Origin: Coraliomargaritaceae bacterium
GTDB taxonomy: Bacteria > Verrucomicrobiota > Verrucomicrobiia > Opitutales > Coraliomargaritaceae
NCBI GenBank assembly: GCA_965656495.1
Contig: CBFHKU010000007.1
Coordinates: 2,781 to 66,780 of the forward strand
Direction of reading: 5' to 3'
Length of the DNA: 64,000 nucleotides
The notes under the pieces were generated by a model. That model did no database searches, was not told where the DNA came from, and saw only the letters and a program-made list of their open reading frames with translations. Position 1 is the stretch's first letter. Every line of letters starts with the position of its first letter. A program made the translations under genes and the position numbers. Below, piece by piece: positions 37,323 through 50,084 of the stretch.

Positions 37323-39803
37323 ATGGAACCACTGAATAATTTTACTCCACGTGCTCAACAGGTACTCGCGCTTTCCCGCAAGGAGGCAGACCGTTTCCAC
37401 CATAATTACATCGGCACCGAGCACCTCCTCCTGGGCCTCATCAATCTCGGTCAGGGAGTAGCGGTCAATGTATTGCAGAAGATGGGTCTCGATTTGCAAA
37501 CGGTTCGCACTGCAGTTGAAAAACAGGTGGGTACCGGCCCGGAAAGCAAACCCTCTGGAAACATTCCCTACACCCCACGCGTGAAGAAGGTATTGGCGCT
37601 CGCTCGCAAGGAGGCAAAGGGTCTCAATCATTCCTACATTGGAACAGAGCACCTGCTTTTGGGGTTGTTGCGTGAAGGGGAGGGGGTTGCCGCCCGGGTG
37701 CTCAAATCCCTCGACGTGGATATTGAACGTTGCCGCAACGAGATTTTATCGGAACTAGACCCGAATTTCACCGGTGAACCTGAGGAAACCGCGGGCGGTG
37801 GCTCGGCGGTTCCAACCGAAGAACGCAAGGACTCCAAGACCCCGGCGCTCAAGGCCTTCGGTCGTGATTTGACCGAGTTGGCGCAGGGCGGGGAGATGGA
37901 TCCCGTGGTTGGGCGCAAAGACGAGATTCGTCGCGTCATTCAAATTCTCTGCCGCCGCACCAAGAACAATCCGGTGCTGATTGGTGAAGCGGGGGTTGGC
38001 AAGACCGCTATTGTGGAAGGCTTGGCGCAGGAAATCGCATCGGGCGCGGTGCCGGAGATCCTGCAGGACAAACGTGTGATCACCCTCGATTTGGCGCTCA
38101 TGGTCGCGGGTACAAAATATCGTGGGCAATTTGAAGAACGCATCAAGGCCGTGATGGATGAAATTCGCCGTGCCAAAAACGTCATCATATTTATTGACGA
38201 GCTCCACACCATTGTGGGTGCAGGTGCCGCAGAGGGCGCGATGGATGCTTCCAATATTTTTAAACCTGCCCTGAGTCGGGGCGAGTTGCAGTGCATCGGT
38301 GCCACCACGCTCGGCGAATACCGCAAATATATCGAGAAGGACAGTGCCCTTGATCGACGTTTTCAATCGGTGAAAGTGGACGCGCCCTCGGTGGATGATA
38401 CGATCTTGATCCTGAAGGGCATCCGCAGCAAATACGAGGAGCACCACAAGTGTAAATTCACAGATGAGGCGCTCGAAGCGGCGGCACGGCTTTCGGAACG
38501 TTACATCACCTCCCGTTTTCTGCCGGATAAAGCGATCGATGTCATCGATGAGGCGGGCGCGCGGGCGCGGATTGAATCTTTGAAACGTCCCCCGGAAATC
38601 GAGGCGATGAATGAAAAGATTGAATCGGTCTGCGAAGAAAAGGAAAACGCGATCGGCAAACAACAATTTGAAGAGGCCGCGAAGTTCCGCGACGAGGAAA
38701 AGAAATTGCGTCAGGAACAGAGCGACGCCATCGAGGCGTGGAAGCAGTCGCGCGAGGAGAATCGCCTCACGGTCGGCGCGGATGAACTGCTCCACGTCAT
38801 TGCGGCATGGACCGGGATTCCGCTCTCACGCATGGAGCAGGAGGAAAGCAAGAAGCTGCTTGAACTGGAAGCGAAATTGCAGAGCGAGGTGATCGGTCAG
38901 GGACGCGCTACTGAAGTGATCGCGCGTGCCTTGCGTCGTTCCCGCGCGGATCTCAAGGATCCCAAGCGTCCAATCGGTTCCTTCATGTTCCTTGGACCCA
39001 CGGGGGTGGGTAAAACACTCTTGGCGAAGGTCTTGGCGGAGGAAATGTTCGGCGAGAAGGATGCCATCATACAAATTGATATGTCGGAATATATGGAGAA
39101 ATTTGCGGTCTCCAGACTGGTGGGTTCGCCTCCCGGATATGTCGGCTACGAAGAGGGCGGGCAATTGACCGAAGCGGTGCGACGCAAGCCCTACAGCGTG
39201 GTGTTATTCGACGAAATTGAGAAAGCGCACCCTGATGTTGTGCAATTACTGCTTCAGGTCCTCGAAGAAGGTCGCTTGACCGATAGTCTCGGTCGCAAGG
39301 TCGATTTCCGCAACACCATCCTCATTATGACCTCAAACGTGGGGGCGGAGATTCTTCAACGCAACACCTCCATGGGCTTTGGAATCGAGCGCAGTGCCGA
39401 AAATGAGTATGACAAGATTCGGGAAAAAATCATGGATGAGACCAAACGGGTCTTTAAGCCTGAATTCCTCAATCGCCTCAATGAACTGGTGATCTTCAAA
39501 TCGCTGGGTCGTGAGGATATGGAATCAATCGTAACGCTCGAATTGCGCAACCTCGCGCAACGTCTCAAGGAACGCGAACTCACCTTCAAATTTGAGGACT
39601 CTGCCAAAGCATTCCTCATCGAGAAGGGTTACGACGAGAAGTATGGGGCACGTCCGCTGCGACGCGCGGTCGAACGTTACCTGGAGGATTCCCTGGCGGA
39701 GGCTATTTTGAATGGCGACATCAAACCGGGCGAAGTCATAACGGTCGCGGCCAATGAGGCGAACGAGGGATTGGTCTTCACGCAGGGTCACGCGGTCGGG
39801 TAG
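37323..39803 (+). CDS. clpC: ATP-dependent Clp protease ATPase ClpC
   Basis: Two Clp-N repeats, [12 protein letters not shown]-domain, GPTGVGKT. Confidence 0.95.
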   Translation: MEPLNNFTPRAQQVLALSRKEADRFHHNYIGTEHLLLGLINLGQGVAVNVLQKMGLDLQTVRTAVEKQVGTGPESKPSGNIPYTPRVKKVLALARKEAKGLNHSYIGTEHLLLGLLREGEGVAARVLKSLDVDIERCRNEILSELDPNFTGEPEETAGGGSAVPTEERKDSKTPALKAFGRDLTELAQGGEMDPVVGRKDEIRRVIQILCRRTKNNPVLIGEAGVGKTAIVEGLAQEIASGAVPEILQDKRVITLDLALMVAGTKYRGQFEERIKAVMDEIRRAKNVIIFIDELHTIVGAGAAEGAMDASNIFKPALSRGELQCIGATTLGEYRKYIEKDSALDRRFQSVKVDAPSVDDTILILKGIRSKYEEHHKCKFTDEALEAAARLSERYITSRFLPDKAIDVIDEAGARARIESLKRPPEIEAMNEKIESVCEEKENAIGKQQFEEAAKFRDEEKKLRQEQSDAIEAWKQSREENRLTVGADELLHVIAAWTGIPLSRMEQEESKKLLELEAKLQSEVIGQGRATEVIARALRRSRADLKDPKRPIGSFMFLGPTGVGKTLLAKVLAEEMFGEKDAIIQIDMSEYMEKFAVSRLVGSPPGYVGYEEGGQLTEAVRRKPYSVVLFDEIEKAHPDVVQLLLQVLEEGRLTDSLGRKVDFRNTILIMTSNVGAEILQRNTSMGFGIERSAENEYDKIREKIMDETKRVFKPEFLNRLNELVIFKSLGREDMESIVTLELRNLAQRLKERELTFKFEDSAKAFLIEKGYDEKYGARPLRRAVERYLEDSLAEAILNGDIKPGEVITVAANEANEGLVFTQGHAVG

Positions 39804-39828
39804 GCCGCATCCAGAAGTCGTCTAGTGC

Positions 39829-40713
39829 TTATTCTTTGGGAAGGAAATAACCTTCCTGCTGCTCGCTGATGTCCATGCCGGTTTTGCGCATGACTTCCAG
39901 CATATCCTCCCAAACGTTGCGTTTGGTTTTTACGGTATCGTTGCGGAGCAGGTAGGCGGGGTGAAAGGTTATCATCAGATCGATGCCTGCATATTGATGC
40001 CATTTGCCGCGCACCGCGCCCATGCGGCGTTTCGGATCATGCCCCAGGAGACCGGTGACGGCGGTGTTGCCGAGGGCGATGAGCACCTTGGGATTAACGA
40101 TCTCGATTTGTGCCTTTAGATAGGGCATGCAGAAGTGCATCTCCTCCAAGGTCGGCGGGCGGTTGCCGTAGGGTTTGTCGTGTTCCGGGCGCCATTTCAG
40201 GATATTGGCGATGTAGACCGTTTCGCGGCTCAAGCCCATTGCGGTAATAATCTTGGTCAATAATTGGCCCGCCGCGCCTACAAAGGGTTCGCCGGCACGC
40301 GCCTCATCCGCACCGGGAGCTTCGCCGCAAAAGAAGATATCGGCATCAACCGAACCGGTGCCAAACACGACTTTATCGTGATCGCCCAAGTGGGCCTTGC
40401 AGGTTTCGCATGCTTCCACCATCTGACGCAGGGCGTCCATTTGCTGAGCGCGGTCACCCTCGGGTAATTGAATAACCGGGGCTTCGGGAAAGGCGGGTTC
40501 CGGTGGTGTTTCAACTTTGGGCGCTTCCGCTTCGACTGGCTTGGGTTTCTCCGCTTGCGGGGTGCTGGTTTCAGTGCTCGTATCCGCCGGAGCGGGAGTG
40601 CCTTGCAGGGCCTTGATCTGCTCAAGGGTTTCCGGGGCTACCGCGACACGTTCCATTCCCGCTTCCTTCAAACGTGACAATTCTTCGTAAACTGCAGCCA
40701 ATTCCTGCGACAT
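39829..40713 (-). CDS. Uracil-DNA glycosylase family 4 with N-terminal extension
   Basis: GEAPGADE, PFVGAAG, NRPP, TFHPAYLL, Fe-S cysteines. Confidence 0.9.
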   Translation of the reverse strand: MSQELAAVYEELSRLKEAGMERVAVAPETLEQIKALQGTPAPADTSTETSTPQAEKPKPVEAEAPKVETPPEPAFPEAPVIQLPEGDRAQQMDALRQMVEACETCKAHLGDHDKVVFGTGSVDADIFFCGEAPGADEARAGEPFVGAAGQLLTKIITAMGLSRETVYIANILKWRPEHDKPYGNRPPTLEEMHFCMPYLKAQIEIVNPKVLIALGNTAVTGLLGHDPKRRMGAVRGKWHQYAGIDLMITFHPAYLLRNDTVKTKRNVWEDMLEVMRKTGMDISEQQEGYFLPKE

Positions 40714-40771
40714 GCACTCAGCATCGGATGCCCGGCGCGGGGGGTCGAGCAGGATTTTATATTTTTCTCAG

Positions 40772-42067
40772 CTATGCCTGCTCCGCCTCCAATATAAAAG
40801 GCGCCACTGCGGATTGAAGCCGCGCGGGGATCGCGCTCACGAGATAAGTGCCCTCGTCACGACTTTCCTCTTTGCGTACAGTACCCTCGCGATGGAGGCG
40901 TGCCACGAGGTCATAGCGTTCGTGCGGAATCAGGAGGCGGATTTGTGCAAATTCTGCTTCGATAATCGCCTGCATGCGTTCGAGCAGCGTTGCAACGCCT
41001 TCCCCGGTGTGGGCGCTCAGGAATAATGCCTCGGGGTATTGCATTTTTAAATCATCCAACCGTGCAGGATCCCAGAGGTCATCGATTTTATTGAAAACCG
41101 TGAGGGTCTGCTTGTCCTTCACCCCGAGTTCACCGAGGACTTTCAGGGTGGTTTCGGCGTGTGCTTCCACTTCGGGGCTGTTGATGTCGAGTACGTGGAT
41201 TAGGAAATTTGAAACAACCGCTTCCTCAAGGGTCGCCTTGAAGGCATCGACCAGTCGGTGCGGCAGATTTCGCACAAAACCCACCGTGTCGGTCATAACG
41301 AGCGCTTGTCCGTTGGGGAGCTCGCAGCGCCGCGAAGTTGGGTCGAGGGTCGCAAAGAGTTTATCCTCCGCGAGGATGTTGGCTTGGGTCAGGTGATTGA
41401 GGAGGGAGGATTTTCCGGCGTTGGTATATCCGACGATCGCGCAGGTCGGAACCGGTACCGTCATGCGTTTCTTGCGCTGGAGGTGACGATGCTGAATGAC
41501 GCTTTCCAGTTCCTTGCGGACGCGGGAAATCTGGGTGCGCACCATGCGTTGGTCCATTTCCAACTGGGTCTCACCCGCATCGCGTTGGATTGCGCCACCG
41601 CCCCGTTGCCGGTCGAGGTGGGTCCAGGCGCGCTTCAGGCGGGGGAGGTTGTATTCCAAGCGCGCCAGTTCAACCTGCAGCACCGCTTCCTTTGTGCGGG
41701 CGCGGTCTCCGAAGATATCGAGAATGACCTCCTGCCGGTCGATGACGAGGATCTTGTCCTTGGCGGCCTGTTCCCAGTTGCGTTGCTGGGCGGGCGTGAG
41801 TTCATTGTCGAAAATAATAACATCGCAATTATGCGCCTGTGCTTCCTCAACCAATTCCTCCGCTTTGCCCGAGCCGACGAGGAGTTTCGCCTGGGGTTTG
41901 CGGACCGTGAGCATGCGCTCATGACAAATCCCAATCCCAAGGGTCGTGACCAGTTCGCGCAGTTCATCCAGCAGGCTGCGGGTTTCGGCGACATCCGTGC
42001 CCGGCAGGGTGATCCCGATCAACATGGCCCGTTCGACCATTTTTGGTTTTTCTTTTACGTCGTGCAC
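40772..42067 (-). CDS. hflX: GTPase HflX
   Basis: GYTNAGKSS, LFATLDPT, DTVGF, NKID; start uncertain (GTG 42067 or ATG 42040). Confidence 0.93.
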   Translation of the reverse strand: MHDVKEKPKMVERAMLIGITLPGTDVAETRSLLDELRELVTTLGIGICHERMLTVRKPQAKLLVGSGKAEELVEEAQAHNCDVIIFDNELTPAQQRNWEQAAKDKILVIDRQEVILDIFGDRARTKEAVLQVELARLEYNLPRLKRAWTHLDRQRGGGAIQRDAGETQLEMDQRMVRTQISRVRKELESVIQHRHLQRKKRMTVPVPTCAIVGYTNAGKSSLLNHLTQANILAEDKLFATLDPTSRRCELPNGQALVMTDTVGFVRNLPHRLVDAFKATLEEAVVSNFLIHVLDINSPEVEAHAETTLKVLGELGVKDKQTLTVFNKIDDLWDPARLDDLKMQYPEALFLSAHTGEGVATLLERMQAIIEAEFAQIRLLIPHERYDLVARLHREGTVRKEESRDEGTYLVSAIPARLQSAVAPFILEAEQA

Positions 42068-42185
42068 AAAAATTCTGGTATAGAAGCCGATATGAGAACC
42101 GGCTAAGCGGATCAGAAGAACAGTTGTCTGCGTGGATGGCAATTTTTGAATGGCGTGTTTTGAAATGTTGGTATTTCTAAGGGGT

Positions 42186-42866
42186 ATGCAGGCGAGTGAA
42201 TTATTTGAATTTCCGGATTCGCTTCCCTTTGGGGCTTATTTCCCGATGGAGGCGAGTCCCTGGGAATGGGTGCAGGGCATTAAGGCTGCCTTGGCGGATT
42301 TCGACTTCACCGCAGCTTTACCGGAGATTCCCGCCGGTTTGCATATCGAAGGCCCGGTCTTTTTGGCGGAGGGTGTGAAACTACCCGCACAGGGAACGAT
42401 TATAGGCCCCGCTTATATCGGGGAAGGCTGTGAATTGCGCCCGGGGGTTTATATTCGCGGGAATGTCATCGCGGGGGCAGGTTGTGTCTTGGGGAATTCC
42501 TGCGAGTTCAAAAACTGTCTTTTGTTGGATGGGGTACAAGTGCCGCATTACAGCTATGTCGGGGATTCGGTGCTGGGTAACAAGGCCCATTTGGGGGCGG
42601 GTGCGATTTGCTCGAACCTGCGGCTCGATCAGGCGGGTGTGAGGGTGAAGGATTTTGAAGGTGGAAGCCATGCCACCGGAATGCGCAAACTGGGTGCCTT
42701 GATCGGTGATGCCGCCGAAGTCGGTTGCAACGCGGTCCTCAATCCGGGGTCCGTTCTGGGGCAACGTGCGCTGGTTGCGCCTACCTTGTCCTTTAGGGGC
42801 ACGCTCAAGGCCGGCACGATGGCATTTGGCCCCTCGGCGATAAAGACCGCCCCCCGGATGGACTAG
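42186..42866 (+). CDS. Left-handed beta-helix acyltransferase (GlmU C-terminal-like)
   Basis: Hexapeptide repeats, PHYSYVGDSVLG, RKLGALIGD. Confidence 0.82.
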   Translation: MQASELFEFPDSLPFGAYFPMEASPWEWVQGIKAALADFDFTAALPEIPAGLHIEGPVFLAEGVKLPAQGTIIGPAYIGEGCELRPGVYIRGNVIAGAGCVLGNSCEFKNCLLLDGVQVPHYSYVGDSVLGNKAHLGAGAICSNLRLDQAGVRVKDFEGGSHATGMRKLGALIGDAAEVGCNAVLNPGSVLGQRALVAPTLSFRGTLKAGTMAFGPSAIKTAPRMD

Positions 42867-43516
42867 GCCTGAAGGTCGGCGAGAAGGGTGTTCAGGCAAG
42901 GGTAGCTGGCGTATGCACCGACCGCCTGGAGTTCTGCTTCACTGTGTGCACCGGTCGCGACGGCATAGCAGGGAATGTCAATCGCTTGCGCGGTGGCGAC
43001 ATCGGTGGGCGAGTCCCCGATCATGATTGCACCGGCGGCTTCAATGCCCAAGCGCTCAAGCACCGTCCGGCCGAGTTCCGGTTCGGGTTTGCTCCATTCC
43101 GTATCGCCGTTCCCAAGGCAAACGCTCACGAAGGCATCGAAGCCGCAGTGTTGACTGACCGCTCGGGCGGTTGCGCCGTGTTTATTCGTTAAAATCGCCT
43201 GAGGGATGCCGAGACGGGTGAAATATTCCATGCAGGGGAGGGCGCCGGGTAAAATCTCCAGACCATCATACATCATCTCCGGAAAACGTGTCCGGAATTG
43301 CTGACAGGCATCTTCGAGTTGAGAATCCTCAACAAAGAGGGCCATCGTGCTTGCCATCGGTCCACCCAGACTGCGGCGAATCGCCTGCGGATTGGGAGCG
43401 CGGTGACCCAATCCCGTAATGACCGCTTCATAACAGCGCACAATCGCAACGGTTTGATCGATGAGAGTGCCGTCCATATCCCAAAGGACTGCGAGGGGTT
43501 GCGGGTGTGTTGTCAT
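42863..43516 (-). CDS. HAD-family hydrolase (phosphoglycolate phosphatase-like)
   Basis: WDMDGTL, TNK, KPEP, MIGDS. Confidence 0.88.
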   Translation of the reverse strand: MTTHPQPLAVLWDMDGTLIDQTVAIVRCYEAVITGLGHRAPNPQAIRRSLGGPMASTMALFVEDSQLEDACQQFRTRFPEMMYDGLEILPGALPCMEYFTRLGIPQAILTNKHGATARAVSQHCGFDAFVSVCLGNGDTEWSKPEPELGRTVLERLGIEAAGAIMIGDSPTDVATAQAIDIPCYAVATGAHSEAELQAVGAYASYPCLNTLLADLQA

Positions 43517-44178
43517 CCGTTCGCAATTAAGGGAATATCCAGATTGAAAACACCGGCGCCCAGTTCAAAGAGATTTTGATATACTTCAACCGCTTGGGTC
43601 TCTGATCTGAGCGCCTCTTGGGTGTGCGATCCCGTTGCCACGAGGTAACTCGGAAGGTTTCCGACATCCGCAGCGGCGGCATCAAAGGGGGAATCGCCGA
43701 TCAGGCAGGTGTTTCGAGGGTCCGCCTTCAGTTGGTCCATGATGTATTGGGTGAATTCCGGCTCGGGTTTACGGTAGGGGCAATCTTCCGTGCCGAGGGT
43801 CAGCGTCAGAAAACGGTCGAGCTTCAGGTGCTCCAGCACCGCGCGCGCGTGCTCGCCGTATTTATTGGTAAAGACCGCCAACTGCAGTCCCTTCGCGTGG
43901 AGCGTTTCAAGCAACCATGCTGCGCCGGGAAGGATCGCGACATCTTTGAGCATGACCCGATTAAAATGTTCATGAAAATGGGGCAGGGCGGCTTCGACCT
44001 TTTCCGTGCCGATTAATTTTCCCATCGTGACGGGCAGCGAACCCCCCACCGTGGCCTTGACAATTTCGTAGCTCGATTCAGGCAAGCCCAGCGCTTTTTG
44101 AGCATACGCAATGCTCGAATGAATCGCCGAGAAATGATCGATAAGCGTGCCGTCGAGGTCGAAGAGAACCGTTTGCAT
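43513..44178 (-). CDS. HAD-family hydrolase (tandem paralog)
   Basis: FDLDGTL, TNK, KPEP, LIGDS. Confidence 0.88.
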   Translation of the reverse strand: MQTVLFDLDGTLIDHFSAIHSSIAYAQKALGLPESSYEIVKATVGGSLPVTMGKLIGTEKVEAALPHFHEHFNRVMLKDVAILPGAAWLLETLHAKGLQLAVFTNKYGEHARAVLEHLKLDRFLTLTLGTEDCPYRKPEPEFTQYIMDQLKADPRNTCLIGDSPFDAAAADVGNLPSYLVATGSHTQEALRSETQAVEVYQNLFELGAGVFNLDIPLIANG

Positions 44179-44452
44179 AAAACTTGTTTGAACACTCCCC
44201 GCCGTTAAGGCAAGGATGTCTCCAGACATTCCGACATGATTTCTATTGGCAAAGTGATTTTAGCCCTCGGCTTGCTTTCGGTCTTGCGACCCGCACTCGC
44301 GACGGATGCCGTCCCGCATCCCTGAAAGCCCTGCACCAGAAACCCTGTCGGGCCAATCAACCCCTCGCCCGACGCTATCAGCTTACCCGTAAACCGTAGT
44401 TCAAAGGGAGATTGACAACTGAGGACGGATTCGCGAAATTGCTCCGCTTTAT

Positions 44453-44530
<78 letters not shown>

Positions 44531-44533
44531 TTT

Positions 44534-44585
44534 AAATGCATCTTAAAATATGCGGGACGAGAATCCGCGAACAAAGCGGGTTTGA
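44534..44585 (+). repeat. tRNA-linked 52-bp repeat, copy 1
   Basis: 50/52 identical to 46002-46053. Confidence 0.9.
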
Positions 44586-44639
44586 CGCAATGTTTTCAGG
44601 CACAGAGGTGCCGCCCGGAAAACATGAAGATGGCGCAGC

Positions 44640-44661
44640 AGTCCCGTTAGCCACCCCATTT
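44640..44661 (+). repeat. 22-bp duplication of the tRNA-His 3' end
   Basis: AGTCCCGTTAGCCACCCCATTT is identical to 44512-44533. Confidence 0.92.
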
Positions 44662-44665
44662 TCTT

Positions 44666-44697
44666 AAAAGCCTCACTTATTCGAGTGAGGCTTTTTT
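44666..44697 (+). terminator. Rho-independent terminator
   Basis: AAAAGCCTCAC-loop-GTGAGGCTTTTTT. Confidence 0.85.
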
Positions 44698-45098
44698 GAC
44701 AAGTAACCACACAGGCCAGCCATCGCACGGCGTGAGATGCGGTGCCAAAGTTCGTTGAAATTTAACGCGGAAAGCAGCTTCTGGGCTATGAACCAATAGA
44801 CTTGAGCGAGCATGCTTCTTGATTCAGAGACTGAGCAGAGTTTTGTGACTCAACGGCTCGGAATCATCTTCAAGCCTCATGTAATCTCGCTTTTATTAAG
44901 ACGTCTTCAAACTTCGCCTACGCTTCGCACACTCAAATGACTAGCCCTCCTCGTGCCACTTGTCCCTGGTCACCTCGTCCGACGCTCTTGCATCTTTCAG
45001 CCTACGTGCGAACTAGACTACGGTATGAATGCGACTGCTTATGCTATGTATTGACAAGAATGAGTTGCAGATCAGTTTGAGGGGCAAGAGCTGAGTCC

Positions 45099-45680
45099 AT
45101 GAATGAATACAATTATCAACGCCAAGTGATCGCCTATCATGGTTGTGATCGTTCTGTTGCAGATAAAGTATTGCTCAAAGGTTCGGCCCTCGCTCCGAGC
45201 GAGAAAAACTACGATTGGCTGGGGAAGGGAATTTACTTTTGGGAACATGGCCCTCAGCGAGCTTTTGATTGGGCAGTGCAGCGTCAGAAAATGGGTAAGA
45301 TTTCTGAGCCATCGGTGGTTGGCGCAATTATTCAGCTTGGGAACTGTTTCGATTTGTTGGATACTCGTTACACGGAAGCTTTGCAGCGGATGTGGCCATT
45401 TTTCGTTGAGGCAAGGGTTCCTGATGCCAAGAGCATCCCTGCAAACCGTTCGTCAAAACAACAACCGGAAGTCGATAAATTGCTTCGTTACCGAGATTGT
45501 GCAGTCATTAATTGGACGCTTTCACAACTTGAGGAAAGCGAGCCTGCGTATGATTCGGTCCGTGGTGTGTTCCTAGAGGACAAACCTGTTTACGAAGGAT
45601 CGGAAATTCGCTTGAAGTCCCATATTCAAATTGCGACCCGCAATCCTGCTTGCATCATCGGATATTTCAGACCATCTTGA
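45099..45680 (+). CDS. Putative ADP-ribosyltransferase-fold protein
   Basis: AYHG...DWLGKGIYFWE...SHIQI resembles the H-Y-(E/Q) ART motifs. Confidence 0.6.
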   Translation: MNEYNYQRQVIAYHGCDRSVADKVLLKGSALAPSEKNYDWLGKGIYFWEHGPQRAFDWAVQRQKMGKISEPSVVGAIIQLGNCFDLLDTRYTEALQRMWPFFVEARVPDAKSIPANRSSKQQPEVDKLLRYRDCAVINWTLSQLEESEPAYDSVRGVFLEDKPVYEGSEIRLKSHIQIATRNPACIIGYFRPS

Positions 45681-45686
45681 TTTTTA

Positions 45687-45872
45687 ATGAAGACCAGTAG
45701 CCCAGTTTTATCAGCAGATCCTCGTAAGTTGGTGGATCGCTTTGAGCGTCGATTCAAGAGAATGAGCGCAAAAGAAAAAGCGCAGACTCTTGTGGATGCT
45801 GGTATCATGACCCCGAAACACCGAATCAAGGCTCCTTATCGTGAGGCGCTTGCTGGAGTCGGTAAGGGATAA
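45687..45872 (+). CDS. Small hypothetical protein, candidate antitoxin
   Basis: 61-aa ORF starting 6 nt after the upstream stop. Confidence 0.55.
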   Translation: MKTSSPVLSADPRKLVDRFERRFKRMSAKEKAQTLVDAGIMTPKHRIKAPYREALAGVGKG

Positions 45873-46001
45873 TTTCTCAGACTGAGTCACTAAGTCCCGA
45901 AATATAGCCGAAAAGTTCGAAGAGGGGGCCGTTTGGGCACCACACTCGATAGAATTGGTTCGAAGACGGGTATGCTTGGCACCCCATTTTTGCTCGGGCA
46001 A

Positions 46002-46053
46002 AAATGCATCTTAGAATAGGCGGGACGAGAATCCGCGAACAAAGCGGGTTTGA
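46002..46053 (+). repeat. tRNA-linked 52-bp repeat, copy 2
   Basis: Preceded by CACCCCATTT (45980-45989), matching the tRNA-His 3' end. Confidence 0.9.
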
Positions 46054-46115
46054 TTCTTTGGTTGTAGGGGTCGGGCTTTTGAGTCCTTATGGCAGAGTTC
46101 CTCTGTTACCCGACT

Positions 46116-47525
46116 ATGATTCACCGCATCCCTAATTTTTTCCGTGCGCGACTCGTTACTTGCGCGCTGGCGTTTTTACTTTGCCTGCCTCTGTTCGCCG
46201 ACAAGCCCAATATCGTTGTTATCTTTGCCGATGACATGGGTTACGGGGATATGAGTAATAACGGGCATCCCACTATCCGGACGCCATTCCTCGACCAAAT
46301 GGCTTCTGAAGGGCAAAAGTGGACGAGTTTTTATTCGGCCTCGCCGGTCTGCACTCCCAGTCGCGCCGCTTTACTCACCGGGCGCTATGCGGTGCGGAGT
46401 GGGATGGAATCGCCGCACAAGGGGGTCCTTTTTCCCGATTCCACCGGCGGACTTCCCGCTGCGGAACTCACGATTCCGGAAATGCTGAAGAGCGCGGGTT
46501 ACGCCACCGGTATGGTGGGCAAGTGGCATCTTGGGCATTTGCCGGAATTCCTGCCGACACAGCATGGTTTTGATTCATGGTATGGTATTCCCTATAGCAA
46601 CGACATGGACCTTGATCGCCCAACCGTGACAGCATTGAACGGTGGTCGTCTCGGTGAATGGCACACCGGTATTCACTGGGAGGAACCCAAGTCGGAATAC
46701 TGGCAGGTGCCACTCATGGAAGGGGAGGCCATCCTCGAGCATGCACCGGATCAAACCTTGCTCACAAAGAATTATACCGCCAAGGCGATTGAATTTATCA
46801 AAGCAAACAGGGAACAACCCTTCTTCCTTTACCTCGCCCATAGCATGCCGCACGTGCCACTCTTCCGTTCAGAAAAATTTGAGGGCATCAGTACTGCGGG
46901 GCTTTACGGGGATGTCATTGAGGAACTTGATGCTTCGGTCGGGGCGATCCTTCAAACATTGAAGGAACAGGGACTCGCTGAAAATACCCTTGTAGTTTTC
47001 ACCTCCGACAATGGCCCCTGGTTACAGTTTAAGACGCAGGGCGGGATCGCCGGCCCCCTGCGTGGTGGAAAGTTTGATACGCATGAAGGTGGAATGCGTG
47101 AACCGGGGATCTTCTGGTGGCCGGGAAAAATTCAACCCGCCATCATTCACGGAATCGGTTCGACCCTTGATCTTATGGCGACCTTTGCCTCGCTGGCAGG
47201 TGTGGAAGTACCGAAAACCGCCGAAGATAGTTATGACCTCACCGCGACCTTAATGAACGGCGCAGACAGCCCCCGCGAGGAACTCTTCTATTATAAAAAC
47301 GCTCGTGTTGAAGCACTCCGACTCGGGAGCTACAAAGCGTTCTTCACCTTGGAAGGCGACCCCGCTCAGACCGAGATTCAGGCACTCTACAACCTCGACC
47401 ACGATCCCGGTGAAAACTACGACCTGCGCGAATCAAAACCCGAACGATTACATGATTTTATCGCTCGCTACCACGCGCACCGCGCGACCGTGAAACCGGT
47501 GGAAGACCAGCTCATTAAACGTTAG
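46116..47525 (+). CDS. Cys-type arylsulfatase (exported)
   Basis: Signal peptide, PNIVVIFADDMGYGD, CTPSRAALLTG, GKWHLG, TSDNG. Confidence 0.93.
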   Translation: MIHRIPNFFRARLVTCALAFLLCLPLFADKPNIVVIFADDMGYGDMSNNGHPTIRTPFLDQMASEGQKWTSFYSASPVCTPSRAALLTGRYAVRSGMESPHKGVLFPDSTGGLPAAELTIPEMLKSAGYATGMVGKWHLGHLPEFLPTQHGFDSWYGIPYSNDMDLDRPTVTALNGGRLGEWHTGIHWEEPKSEYWQVPLMEGEAILEHAPDQTLLTKNYTAKAIEFIKANREQPFFLYLAHSMPHVPLFRSEKFEGISTAGLYGDVIEELDASVGAILQTLKEQGLAENTLVVFTSDNGPWLQFKTQGGIAGPLRGGKFDTHEGGMREPGIFWWPGKIQPAIIHGIGSTLDLMATFASLAGVEVPKTAEDSYDLTATLMNGADSPREELFYYKNARVEALRLGSYKAFFTLEGDPAQTEIQALYNLDHDPGENYDLRESKPERLHDFIARYHAHRATVKPVEDQLIKR

Positions 47526-47602
47526 GGAAGGGTAGCAGAAGAATAAGCTTTCCAGGTATTAAAGCTAAACCCTTGTATCTTTATTGACTGATAGCCCTGT
47601 CG

Positions 47603-48874
<1,272 letters not shown>

Positions 48875-48886
48875 TGAAAGGGTGGC

Positions 48887-50032
<1,146 letters not shown>

Positions 50033-50084
50033 TGATCCGATAAAAGAGGCGAAAAAGTTCCGCCTTGGCAAATATAAGCGGCGC

